This document shows, in pieces, positions 1-8,120 of a stretch of 37,579 nucleotides of DNA. Location of the stretch: IMG/VR virus record IMGVR_UViG_3300044513_000293, positions 1 through 37,579 of that record; one strand, 5' to 3'. The stretch's first letter is position 1; each line of letters starts with the position of its first letter. Source of the stretch: a virus. Lineage: Duplodnaviria > Caudoviricetes. Under the pieces are notes generated by a model. That model made no database searches, had not been told where the DNA came from, and was given only the letters and a program-made list of their open reading frames with translations. A program made the translations under genes and the position numbers.

Positions 1-154
1 CAGAAATAGATGCATCGATGTCTTCAATAACAGAACGAATATCTAAAATTCGTTCGGGTACATACTCTAGACCATAACCTTTCTGAGATTCAAACAGGAC
101 TTGACGAACTACAGCCGCAGAGCGAACATCCATTTTTACAGTAACTTTGCTCAT
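1..154 (-). CDS. Hypothetical protein, 5' part only (runs off window edge)
   Basis: Manual translation from ATG at 154, which overlaps the mazG stop (ATGA): MSKVTVKMDVRSAAVVRQVLFESQKGYGLEYVPERILDIRSVIEDIDASIS..., open to base 1. Confidence 0.75.
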   Translation of the reverse strand, partial: MSKVTVKMDVRSAAVVRQVLFESQKGYGLEYVPERILDIRSVIEDIDASIS

Positions 155-552
155 CGGTCTCCAGCAGCACGGTTTTCAGAATAATACTCGTCAAACGTAC
201 CTTCAGGGTAACGCTTGGCGAGTTTAGCAATATTTGTGTTCAGAACTTCTTCCATAGAAACATCAAGTGCCATGCAAGCCTGAGCAACATACCACATCAC
301 ATCACCAAGTTCAATCTTCAGGTGATCAATATTGTCCTGATCCCAAGGTTTACCTTGGAAAATAATCTTCTTGACAATCTCCATGAACTCACCACCCTCT
401 GCACTGATGCCAACAGATGCAGTCAGAAGACGTTCAATAGGAGCACCCTGTTCATTGAGTTGATCAAGGCGTTGACCGAAGTCATCATACTTCTTAGAAG
501 GAGAACTGGTTACTTGATTGACAAATTCAGTGTACTTAGTAAAGTCTGCCAT
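151..552 (-). CDS. mazG: MazG-like nucleoside triphosphate pyrophosphohydrolase
   Basis: 133 aa with acidic EGGEFMEIVKK and ELGDVMWY motifs and C-terminal NIAKLAKRYP, typical of single-domain cyanophage MazG. Confidence 0.92.
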   Translation of the reverse strand: MADFTKYTEFVNQVTSSPSKKYDDFGQRLDQLNEQGAPIERLLTASVGISAEGGEFMEIVKKIIFQGKPWDQDNIDHLKIELGDVMWYVAQACMALDVSMEEVLNTNIAKLAKRYPEGTFDEYYSENRAAGDR

Positions 553-574
553 TTCGTTTAATTAGTTCAGGACT

Positions 575-603
575 ATACTATCACGATTTTGATCAGTTGT
601 CAA
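575..603 (-). promoter_or_regulatory. Sigma70-type promoter for mazG
   Basis: Minus strand TTGACA (603-598), 17 nt spacer, TAGTAT (580-575), just upstream of the ATG at 552. Confidence 0.75.
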
Positions 604-1252
604 TGTATCCTTCTTCTCGCAACCACTTTTCAGTCAGTGGAGTTGGTTTGTAAACCTTCCACATTTCCCCAGCAGCACAAGCATTGAGTGCATCTGCTGT
701 CATGTTAGCAGTTTTACCAGCCCACTTTGCTTCCGCTTCAAATGGCACGGCGGACTTAGGATAAGTCTTCTCCACAATATCACGCCAGATAGGTGGCACC
801 ATTTCCTCTGGATGAATCAGAGCAATCAAACTATTTTTGATAGTCCCTGCCATACAATCCTGTGCAGCGTGCCACCCTTCGTGACGCATAACCGTCATTA
901 GAACAGATGGACGATGCATGAATCGTCGATTCAAGAAAAAGTTGTTACCAACAGTATGATAAACACCACGGTGACCAGGGGGAAAATACTTTTCGTCAGC
1001 CAAAAATACATTTACATTAACTCGCTGAAGAGAAGCGATCATAGAATCAAACTCTCCAGAAACTAAACTATAATCAGTATTAGGATAGTCTCTTTCAAGA
1101 TCTTTAATACTGCTCACTTTATCAACATTATCCCTACACTCCCGCACAATCATGCAACCCATGGCATCCATGGTGTACCATCCCTTTGTTGGTTTCGCTT
1201 CAGATGCAAAGGGGAACAGAAGAAGTACCAGAGATAATGCTAATTTTTTCAT
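593..1252 (-). CDS. Putative exported zincin-type metallopeptidase (conserved hypothetical)
   Basis: Signal-peptide-like N-terminus MKKLALSLVLLLFPFASEA, HEGWH (HExxH) motif, downstream PFEAEA candidate third ligand. Confidence 0.65.
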   Translation of the reverse strand: MKKLALSLVLLLFPFASEAKPTKGWYTMDAMGCMIVRECRDNVDKVSSIKDLERDYPNTDYSLVSGEFDSMIASLQRVNVNVFLADEKYFPPGHRGVYHTVGNNFFLNRRFMHRPSVLMTVMRHEGWHAAQDCMAGTIKNSLIALIHPEEMVPPIWRDIVEKTYPKSAVPFEAEAKWAGKTANMTADALNACAAGEMWKVYKPTPLTEKWLREEGYIDN

Positions 1253-2631
1253 GAGAAATTAAGACTTGCAAATTTAGATTTTTTATCATTAATTGATGTG
1301 GTAATTTCTTCGTCTCCAGCATCAATTAATGATCCACCTTCGGACTGATCACAATCATAGAGACGCATCTTTGCCCTGTCAACACCAACGATAAATCTCT
1401 TATTAACAGAGAGATCATTATATCTATTCTTTAACTGCTTCACCATGATCTGACCTAGACCCTCCAACTCCTCGGTGCTAATAAGGGCAAACATAAGATC
1501 AGCAGTAGCAGGGAGGCCAAAGGATTCACTAGTGTCAGTAATGTCAACATCACTGCTGCTATAACCAGAGCGAGTGGTCTGCGTGGCAGATACGATAGGG
1601 ACGTTTGCTTCAACAGCCAACCCTCGAAGTTCCTCTGCAATCGCCTTAATATAGCTATATGAATTGACATTGCCCACCTTGCTATACCTAGAGGAAGCAC
1701 ATATATTAAGGTAATCAATGAAAATAATGTCAGGACGAAATGATTTCTTAAGAGCGAGCTCATTAAGGAGAGCGCGGAAATGTCCAACATGTGCAGATGC
1801 CGTTGGGTACTCTTTAATTATAAGATTTCCATGAGTCTTAGAAACAATTTTATTGACCTTGCGTTCAAAGATGCTCTGAGGAATATCTACGATGTCCTGA
1901 ATGTTTACATCCAAGAGGTTTGCGTCAATACGTTCAGCAATTTTCTCTTCTGCCATCTCCATTGTAATGTAAAGGACATTACGTCCGTTAAGCAGACAGG
2001 CGCTAGCCATATGACACATGAAAAGAGACTTACCAACACCTGTCCCAGCAAGAGCGACATTAAGAGTCTTGTTAGGAAGACCGCCTTTCGTAATCTTGTT
2101 AAAGTAATCAAGGTCAAACGGGATCTTGTCTTCTTTGCGGTGGTAAGTTTCATACCGTGCCTCATAGTCATTAAGGTAATCATGTCCAATATGATTGTCA
2201 AATGAAACTGCAAGGGCTTCTTGGAGGATGGTTGGGATAGCACCCCTGTCCCTCTTTGAATCCTTACCATCGGCAATGTAAATAGAGTCCATCAATGCCA
2301 AATAAATGGCACGATCTCGACACCACTTCTCAGTAGTATCAAGCAACCAATTCATCTGTTGATCTTCTTCATCACACCGAAGTCTATCAATAAGTTGAGA
2401 GATCTCAGTGTAATCAGTCTCAGTCAAATCAGTGCGGTTCTGCACTTCAATTGACAAAGCCTCATAAGAGATACGAGAATCATACTTAGTGATGAAGTCC
2501 CTACACTCCTGAAATACAACCTTTTGATTGCTGTCTTCAAAATAGTCATCCTTGATGAAGGGTAACACCTTGCGTGTGTAGTCCTCATTGGTGATGAGAT
2601 TTTTAAGAATGGAATTCTCGATGCTAATCAT
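1249..2631 (-). CDS. gp41: Replicative DNA helicase (T4 gp41, DnaB-like)
   Basis: 460 aa; Walker A AGTGVGKS, IFIDYLNIC, SATQTTR, SESFGLPATAD, KQLKNRY. Confidence 0.97.
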   Translation of the reverse strand: MISIENSILKNLITNEDYTRKVLPFIKDDYFEDSNQKVVFQECRDFITKYDSRISYEALSIEVQNRTDLTETDYTEISQLIDRLRCDEEDQQMNWLLDTTEKWCRDRAIYLALMDSIYIADGKDSKRDRGAIPTILQEALAVSFDNHIGHDYLNDYEARYETYHRKEDKIPFDLDYFNKITKGGLPNKTLNVALAGTGVGKSLFMCHMASACLLNGRNVLYITMEMAEEKIAERIDANLLDVNIQDIVDIPQSIFERKVNKIVSKTHGNLIIKEYPTASAHVGHFRALLNELALKKSFRPDIIFIDYLNICASSRYSKVGNVNSYSYIKAIAEELRGLAVEANVPIVSATQTTRSGYSSSDVDITDTSESFGLPATADLMFALISTEELEGLGQIMVKQLKNRYNDLSVNKRFIVGVDRAKMRLYDCDQSEGGSLIDAGDEEITTSINDKKSKFASLNFS

Positions 2632-3197
2632 TTATAATGTAGGTATGTCGTCAAAATGTACTTGTCAGAACTAATACAAGGCAATGCCTTGTGTGGAAAA
2701 CACCAGAATGGTGGAAACATCACAAGAGTTCCCTTTGTTGGTACAATTTTTTTGTGAAGAAATTCAGTCTCTCCACCTTCCTCAACATCATTTAGATACC
2801 AGAACATTGCCAAGTATCTACGGGCCGATTCATAGTCACCAACATCAACATGAGTCTTGAACTGGTCATCACTTCCAGCCCTATATTTCTTAATTCTGAA
2901 CTGTTCCCACTGATGCTTCTCTGGAAAACAGTCAGAACACATTGCTTCATAGTATTCATCGCGATATTTCATCGCTGTCTTTACAAGATGCCTATGTAGT
3001 CCCTCATCTTTCTGCAACTCAGCGGTAAAATTCCACTGAGAAAATTGAGGTTTCTGTTGGTTATTAATAAACTCTGGTGTTTGTTGATCAAACAGAGTGA
3101 TAAGTTGATCACATACACCAGATTCTAAAGCATCATCGTAGGTTACAATAAACTTATGAAGATGATCCGTAAGTAAACTCTCGTCTCGCAATTTCAT
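2628..3197 (-). CDS. 2OG-Fe(II) oxygenase (prolyl-4-hydroxylase-like)
   Basis: HxD (HVD), YLNDVEEGGETEF, distal His (PHKA), KYI. ATG at 3197 follows GGAG; TTG at 3200 is an alternative start. Confidence 0.88.
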   Translation of the reverse strand: MKLRDESLLTDHLHKFIVTYDDALESGVCDQLITLFDQQTPEFINNQQKPQFSQWNFTAELQKDEGLHRHLVKTAMKYRDEYYEAMCSDCFPEKHQWEQFRIKKYRAGSDDQFKTHVDVGDYESARRYLAMFWYLNDVEEGGETEFLHKKIVPTKGTLVMFPPFWCFPHKALPCISSDKYILTTYLHYK

Positions 3198-4164
3198 CAA
3201 GTTTCTCCATAATATCGTCAGTGAAATAAGTTTCAGGATCGGCTAGAATTGCCTTTGCGTATAGTTTCTTGCCGTCAATTTCATAGCGTCCTGCGACATT
3301 CTTCCAGAGACCGCCGATTTCACCGAGTTCAAGAAGACCGTAATAACGATCAAGACCACGCTCATCGTAATAAAGACGTACCGTAACATCTTTGTTCTCC
3401 TTACTCAGACGCGACTTAGCAGTCTTAGCTTTGATAAGATTGCCGACCACTTCTGTTCCATCCTTTTCTTTTTTCTTGCTGAGATAGATGATCGTAGACG
3501 CTGCGTACTTGAGTCCACTGCCTCCGCCCATTTCTTTAGTTGGTACATAAGCTCCGATGACATCATAGGTATGGTTGGTAACAAGCATTGGAATGTTTGC
3601 TTGACCCAGTTTTAGAGTCAGCATTCTAAAAGCGCCCTTAATCAGTTGGGATTTAGTCATGTCCCGAACTTGTTTGTCATTTAGAGCGTCAGTGATCTCT
3701 TTCTCAGTAGAAAGCATACCCAGAGAGTCTAACACAAACATCAGAGGTTTGCGATCTTCTGCTGGAGTTTTCAGATATTTATCGACAATCTTGAGAGCCT
3801 GAGATCTAAACTCCTCAACGGTAACTACGTTAGCAACAATGCAACGACTGGTGTCAATGTTCCTCTCTGTCAGCAAATGCTTAGTAATTGCAGACTCAGT
3901 ATCAAAGTAAATAACTCCTCCCTCTGGATTTTCGTTCAGAAAATTCTGAACTACTGCAAGGGAGAAGAAGGTTTTACCAGTACTGGACTCACCTGCAATT
4001 GCAGTGATTTTGTTAGATGATACGCCACCGAAAACGCTACCACAAAGGAGAGCATTGAGGATATAACAACCACTATCAATATACTCTTGGCGATCATCGA
4101 TTTCAGACGCGATCTGAGTGAAGTCACTTTTGATCTCCTTAGCCAGGTCAGCAATAAAACTCAT
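3154..4164 (-). CDS. uvsX: RecA-like recombinase UvsX
   Basis: GESSTGKT P-loop, YFDTE, VLDSLGML, MGGGSGLKYAAS. Confidence 0.96.
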   Translation of the reverse strand: MSFIADLAKEIKSDFTQIASEIDDRQEYIDSGCYILNALLCGSVFGGVSSNKITAIAGESSTGKTFFSLAVVQNFLNENPEGGVIYFDTESAITKHLLTERNIDTSRCIVANVVTVEEFRSQALKIVDKYLKTPAEDRKPLMFVLDSLGMLSTEKEITDALNDKQVRDMTKSQLIKGAFRMLTLKLGQANIPMLVTNHTYDVIGAYVPTKEMGGGSGLKYAASTIIYLSKKKEKDGTEVVGNLIKAKTAKSRLSKENKDVTVRLYYDERGLDRYYGLLELGEIGGLWKNVAGRYEIDGKKLYAKAILADPETYFTDDIMEKLDEIARREFTYGSSS

Positions 4165-4364
4165 AATAATCTTAACTCCTTCAGGTATTCTAACACATGT
4201 TCACGGATTTGTAGCAGTTGATCAAGACACTCTTGATCATGTGCATCCATCCTCAGTTCATAGTCGGGTTTTAAAACAGATTCGATGAACAAATCAAGGC
4301 CTCTATTCCATTTTTCTCGCTTTTCTGGAGGTAAAGAATCTGGCGAGAATGGTAAATTGGTCAT
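4161..4364 (-). CDS. Small hypothetical protein (67 aa)
   Basis: Likely start MTNLPF at 4364 overlapping the gp43 stop (ATGA); its stop overlaps the uvsX start. Confidence 0.75.
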   Translation of the reverse strand: MTNLPFSPDSLPPEKREKWNRGLDLFIESVLKPDYELRMDAHDQECLDQLLQIREHVLEYLKELRLL

Positions 4365-6862
4365 GAGAAGAAGTCCTCCAAGGTATTTCTCTTTTCCACA
4401 CTCCAACCAATGCTTTCCATAATAACTCTCATTGGTTCAATAAAAGACTTCTCAAATTGTAGGTCATAATCAATGTATTGAGTTAGACCAAGTTCTTTTG
4501 GAAAATCTTGGATGAATGAAATCACATTTTCATGGATTGGATTTGGTATCTTTAAATAACAGAACTTGATTTTTTCACCGTCTTGGATAAGAGAGTACTT
4601 ATTTGTAAGTTTCTTGTCTCGCAAGTAGTGATTGAACAAGAGTGCTCCTCTGCAGTGAATGGGTGTTCCCTTCGTATAAATGTCAGAGGATGATTTATAC
4701 TTAGTTATATCACTTACAGACCTTGGGAAAGATACTTCCTCAGGAGAACACTTTCTGAATTTTTTATTACACTCTACGATGTAGTCTTGTACTTGTTCTT
4801 CAGTACCATTCATCATAATCTTGAGAGCATCTTTCAACATCTTCCTGCAAGGAGCAGGAGTAGATGATTTGATTGCCTCAATACCCATGATTTTCAGTTT
4901 GGGCTCTGCATACTGCACACCTTCACTGTTCCAAACGTTGAGAATGTACCGCTTCTTGGCAGTCCAAATGCCTTTGTTAGCGATATTCTCACGCTTCATT
5001 TGCATCTTTTGGTCATAGGCGTTGACATACGTTGCAAGGGTCTGATAAGAATTTTCGATAAAAGGTTCAAATTCCATAGAACACACCTTGTCAAGGAACG
5101 CAACAATAGCTTCATTGTCCTTCTCTCGTCCTTTGTATACAAGATCAACCAAAGGACCCAAATTAAGATAGATACTGTCAGTATCTGAGGCAATAACGTA
5201 GTCAACATCTTTTGTCTTCAGAATTTTGTTAAGATGAGCATTCATTTTTGTCTCAATCCAGCGGATAGAGACTTGACCAGAGAGTGTAATCGCCTCTGCG
5301 TTTGCGAGTTTGTAATATCTAAAGTACTCGTTACCGATAGCGCCATAAGCACTATTAAGAGAGATCTTCTTAGCCATTTGAATGTTATTACATCTGGCAA
5401 TCTCCTTAACAAGTTCAGGATTCTTAGTCTTTTCATATTCCTGCTTGGCGGCTAGCATTTTCTTTTTAAAGATCACACGATCCTGATACATGCTTTCCAT
5501 CAACTCGGGAAGGAATCCGCGCTTGTCCTTACGATACATTGCACCGTTTGCACAAACTGCATTATCTTTATACATCTCAAAAGTCAGTTCCTGATTGAGG
5601 ATCCTTTCAACAGATGCAGTGGGATGCCGTTCGTCAATGAGCGTTTCTGGTGAGATATTATATTGCATGATAAGATGAGGGTACAGGGAATTAAGGTCAA
5701 AGCTAACCACCCAATCATATACCCCAGGAATCGGTTCCTTAACGTATGCTCCCGCATATTTCTCGCTCTTTGATTGACGCAATTTTGGTGGGATTACGAT
5801 ATTCTTCTTTTTAAGATAATTGTAAATGATCGCGTCCCATGTACGAACCTGATAGAAAATGTCTGTATAGTTAACTTTGGCGTCATAAGCCATAGTCAAA
5901 CACAGTTCGATCAGTTTCATCTTGTCTTCCAAACGGTCAACAAGTTTCACGTCTATTATATTGTATTCTACAAACTTTTGCCACCCCTTAGTGTAAAAAT
6001 CCTTAAAGGTTTCAAACTCAGAGTGGTCTAGTTTTTGCTGCCCAAGTTCAACCTGAGCAATGTAGTCAAGGCGATAAGATTCCTGTGCCTTATAAGTGAA
6101 CTTCTTGTAGAGATCAAGATAATCTAACTGAGATACACCACCAATATCATATGCAATCTGGCGGCGACCTTTGATATAGATTTCTTTCTCAGTCAAAAGA
6201 CCCCAAGGAGACAGTCTCTTGGCAAGTTTTTCACCAAGAACTCTCTCCAAACGGCGAGCAATATACGGGATGTCGAACATCTGAATGTTCCACCCAGTAA
6301 TAACGTCTGGAGCATGTTCCATCCACCAATGAATAAAATCATTGAGTAGATCTCTTTCATTGTTAAACTGAATGTATCTTACTTTCTCTTCTTTCAGTTT
6401 AAACGGTCCAACACCCCAAGTAGTAATCTCCTTGGTGGTGTAGTCTTGGATTGTGATTAGAAGAATTTCTTCCGAGGCCGACTCAACGTCTGGGAATCCA
6501 TTCTCTGATGTGGTTTCAATATCAAGAGTGTATAGAAGAATTTTACTCAGATCAAATTTGATCTCATCTTCTGGATACTTCTCAGAGATATATTGGAATA
6601 TAAACTTCTCATTACCATATACAGAGAATCCATCAACCCCATCATATTTGGAAATGAATTCTCTGCACTCTTTTACGTTGCCAGGTTTAATTGGTTCAAC
6701 ATATTCACCATCCAGAGTCTTGTAAAAAGACTTCTTCTTTGAGGGAACAAAGAGGGTTGGTTTCCATCCAGACTGATCACGGAACTCAAACCTTTCACCG
6801 TTTTCATAACCGCGAACGAGAAACTGGTTTCCGACCATCTGGATGTTGGTGTAAAACCTCAT
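4361..6862 (-). CDS. gp43: Family B DNA polymerase (T4 gp43)
   Basis: 833 aa; exonuclease DIET and YNIIDV, polymerase DLNSLYP, KISLNSAYG and SDTDS motifs; uninterrupted. Confidence 0.98.
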   Translation of the reverse strand: MRFYTNIQMVGNQFLVRGYENGERFEFRDQSGWKPTLFVPSKKKSFYKTLDGEYVEPIKPGNVKECREFISKYDGVDGFSVYGNEKFIFQYISEKYPEDEIKFDLSKILLYTLDIETTSENGFPDVESASEEILLITIQDYTTKEITTWGVGPFKLKEEKVRYIQFNNERDLLNDFIHWWMEHAPDVITGWNIQMFDIPYIARRLERVLGEKLAKRLSPWGLLTEKEIYIKGRRQIAYDIGGVSQLDYLDLYKKFTYKAQESYRLDYIAQVELGQQKLDHSEFETFKDFYTKGWQKFVEYNIIDVKLVDRLEDKMKLIELCLTMAYDAKVNYTDIFYQVRTWDAIIYNYLKKKNIVIPPKLRQSKSEKYAGAYVKEPIPGVYDWVVSFDLNSLYPHLIMQYNISPETLIDERHPTASVERILNQELTFEMYKDNAVCANGAMYRKDKRGFLPELMESMYQDRVIFKKKMLAAKQEYEKTKNPELVKEIARCNNIQMAKKISLNSAYGAIGNEYFRYYKLANAEAITLSGQVSIRWIETKMNAHLNKILKTKDVDYVIASDTDSIYLNLGPLVDLVYKGREKDNEAIVAFLDKVCSMEFEPFIENSYQTLATYVNAYDQKMQMKRENIANKGIWTAKKRYILNVWNSEGVQYAEPKLKIMGIEAIKSSTPAPCRKMLKDALKIMMNGTEEQVQDYIVECNKKFRKCSPEEVSFPRSVSDITKYKSSSDIYTKGTPIHCRGALLFNHYLRDKKLTNKYSLIQDGEKIKFCYLKIPNPIHENVISFIQDFPKELGLTQYIDYDLQFEKSFIEPMRVIMESIGWSVEKRNTLEDFFS

Positions 6863-7107
6863 TGAACCTCGGCGCTATAGACTCCCTCCAGTTTAACACT
6901 AGGTTGGACAATAGTCAAGATAGAATCCGAAGACATCATGATGACATTTTGGTCGGTGAAAGGAGGCCATGGTGTCAAACTCATATCCCCATCAACCTTG
7001 TACGGATTGGTTAGTTTGCAATCAGGTTCACCAATCTCAGAACCAACTTCCTCAACATCAGCGATGAGGACAGTTTCATTTTTTAGCAATAGAACTTGGA
7101 GCGCCAT
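6859..7107 (-). CDS. Hypothetical protein, Sm-like beta-barrel family (paralogue 1)
   Basis: LLLKNETVLIADVEE...LTNP...PWPPFTD...ILTIVQP pattern shared with 7076-7420 and 21086-21520. Fold call is from recall. Confidence 0.7.
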   Translation of the reverse strand: MALQVLLLKNETVLIADVEEVGSEIGEPDCKLTNPYKVDGDMSLTPWPPFTDQNVIMMSSDSILTIVQPSVKLEGVYSAEVQ

Positions 7108-7420
7108 TTAGATTTTCCTCATACATTTCAATAACTTCATCAAGAGGGTTAGCAATAGTGACAACCCAATCGAAAGGAATCAAAGATTCCGTGTCTTTAG
7201 ACAGTGGCATGAACGGACTGAACACCACTCTTACGGAATCAGACTCACCAGCGTTTACATCCTCTTCGGTAAGGAATTGAATTTCACTATCCCTAGTCAA
7301 ACAAAGACTTCTTGGATTACCAAACAAATAAGCAACAGGATTTCCTTCCTTGTTCCTAATTTCTTTAACGTCTGCGATTACATCTTCGCCAGACTTCAAA
7401 CGAGCAACTTGTACTGTCAT
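7076..7420 (-). CDS. Hypothetical protein, Sm-like beta-barrel family (paralogue 2)
   Basis: Start MTVQ at 7420, downstream of the promoter at 7444-7472 and a GGAG; RLKSGEDVIADVKE...GNP...PFMPLSKD...VVTIANP. Confidence 0.72.
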   Translation of the reverse strand: MTVQVARLKSGEDVIADVKEIRNKEGNPVAYLFGNPRSLCLTRDSEIQFLTEEDVNAGESDSVRVVFSPFMPLSKDTESLIPFDWVVTIANPLDEVIEMYEENLNGAPSSIAKK

Positions 7421-7443
7421 TAATTTATGATCTCCGTCATAAT

Positions 7444-7472
7444 ATTGTATCAATAAAAAGAGGAGGTGTCAA
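7444..7472 (-). promoter_or_regulatory. Sigma70-type promoter for the Sm-like/gp43 operon, embedded in a terminator
   Basis: TTGACA (7472-7467), 17 nt spacer, TACAAT (7449-7444). Confidence 0.85.
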
Positions 7473-7496
7473 CTGGATTTGGCCAGTTACCTCCTC
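7455..7496 (-). terminator. Rho-independent terminator
   Basis: GAGGAGGT-AACTGG-ccaaat-CCAGTT-gac-ACCTCCTC followed by TTTTT. Confidence 0.85.
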
Positions 7497-7526
7497 GTAC
7501 AGCGTAGCGCCGACGATATTCAGTTC
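7455..7526 (-). ncRNA. Candidate late small RNA (~70 nt), or structured 3' UTR of hsp20
   Basis: TAAATA late motif at 7532-7527, then about 30 nt with no start codon, then a strong terminator. Confidence 0.45.
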
Positions 7527-7529
7527 TAT

Positions 7530-7961
7530 TTAGAACCAATCTTTACGTTGATGATGCTCTGGGACTATTTTCCCAAGTACGATCCGTAGAAGTCCGTCTT
7601 CAAATGTGACTTCCCTGATTTCTGTGTCGTCGGATAAAGTCCAGACTCGTTTAAAACTTCTTTGAGCCAGTCCCTTGTGGACAAAGGTTTTCTCCGACTC
7701 TGTATCCTCTTTTTGTCCTTCGACAAAAAGTTTTCCATGCTCTGTGAAAACATAGACCTCCTTCTTCTTAAATCCAGCTAATGCAATTTCTAGATGTGAT
7801 TCAACATTATTTACCTGAACAAGGTTATATGGGGGATAATTTGATGTAGTTTCATGAAGGGCAAACAGACGATCAAAGTATTCGTCCATGCCAATACTGT
7901 GCTTAGTGATCTTATCCATCAAGGCAGGAAGATCCGCAGCAGAATACCTCTGAATGTTCAT
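7530..7961 (-). CDS. hsp20: Small heat shock protein (Hsp20/IbpA family)
   Basis: NYPPYN, LEIALAGF, HKGLAQRSF, FEDGLLRI alpha-crystallin motifs; start MNIQRY at 7961 after AAGGAG. Confidence 0.95.
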   Translation of the reverse strand: MNIQRYSAADLPALMDKITKHSIGMDEYFDRLFALHETTSNYPPYNLVQVNNVESHLEIALAGFKKKEVYVFTEHGKLFVEGQKEDTESEKTFVHKGLAQRSFKRVWTLSDDTEIREVTFEDGLLRIVLGKIVPEHHQRKDWF

Positions 7962-8027
7962 TATTGTAGCTCCTTTAAAAGCGAGTTTGTATTGTGTGGA
8001 CCCTTTCGGCATCCAATCATATTTATA
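7962..8027 (-). promoter_or_regulatory. hsp20 late promoter and structured 5' UTR (ROSE-like)
   Basis: TATAAATA at 8027-8020; hairpin GGATGCC-GAAA-GGGTCC; CTCGCTT-TTA-AAGGAG can pair over the Shine-Dalgarno. Confidence 0.65.
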
Positions 8028-8037
8028 CTACAAAAAC

Positions 8038-8071
8038 AAAAAAAGAGGAACGGCAATAACCGAACCTCTTT
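8038..8071 (-). terminator. Rho-independent terminator downstream of regA
   Basis: AAAGAGG-tt-CGGT-tatt-GCCG-tt-CCTCTTT followed by a T run. Confidence 0.75.
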
Positions 8072-8117
8072 ATAGGGTGTTCCGATTGTAGAGTGTGCCG
8101 CACGAAAAGCACGAAAC
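8038..8117 (-). ncRNA. Candidate late small RNA (~80 nt), or structured 3' UTR of regA
   Basis: TAAATA at 8123-8118, GTGC...GCAC hairpin, unpaired ACTCTACAATCGGAACACC, then a terminator; no credible ORF. Confidence 0.4.
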
Positions 8118-8120
8118 TAT

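Noticed and set aside
3160-3200. Possible ACG start (ACG GAT CAT) for the 2OG oxygenase
   Set aside because: An in-frame ATG at 3197 with a well-placed GGAG explains translation without a non-canonical start.
4361-6862. Introns, inteins or split in gp43 (also considered for gp41, gp17, gp20, gp46)
   Set aside because: All are continuous with ordinary lengths and no splicing or homing-endonuclease motifs.
7962-8012. Longer hsp20 start at 8012
   Set aside because: No RBS and within the leader hairpin; AAGGAG supports ATG at 7961.
8076-8110. Loose resemblance of the regA-hsp20 spacer to rRNA or RNase P segments
   Set aside because: Only short, gapped matches from memory; not distinguishable from chance without a search.
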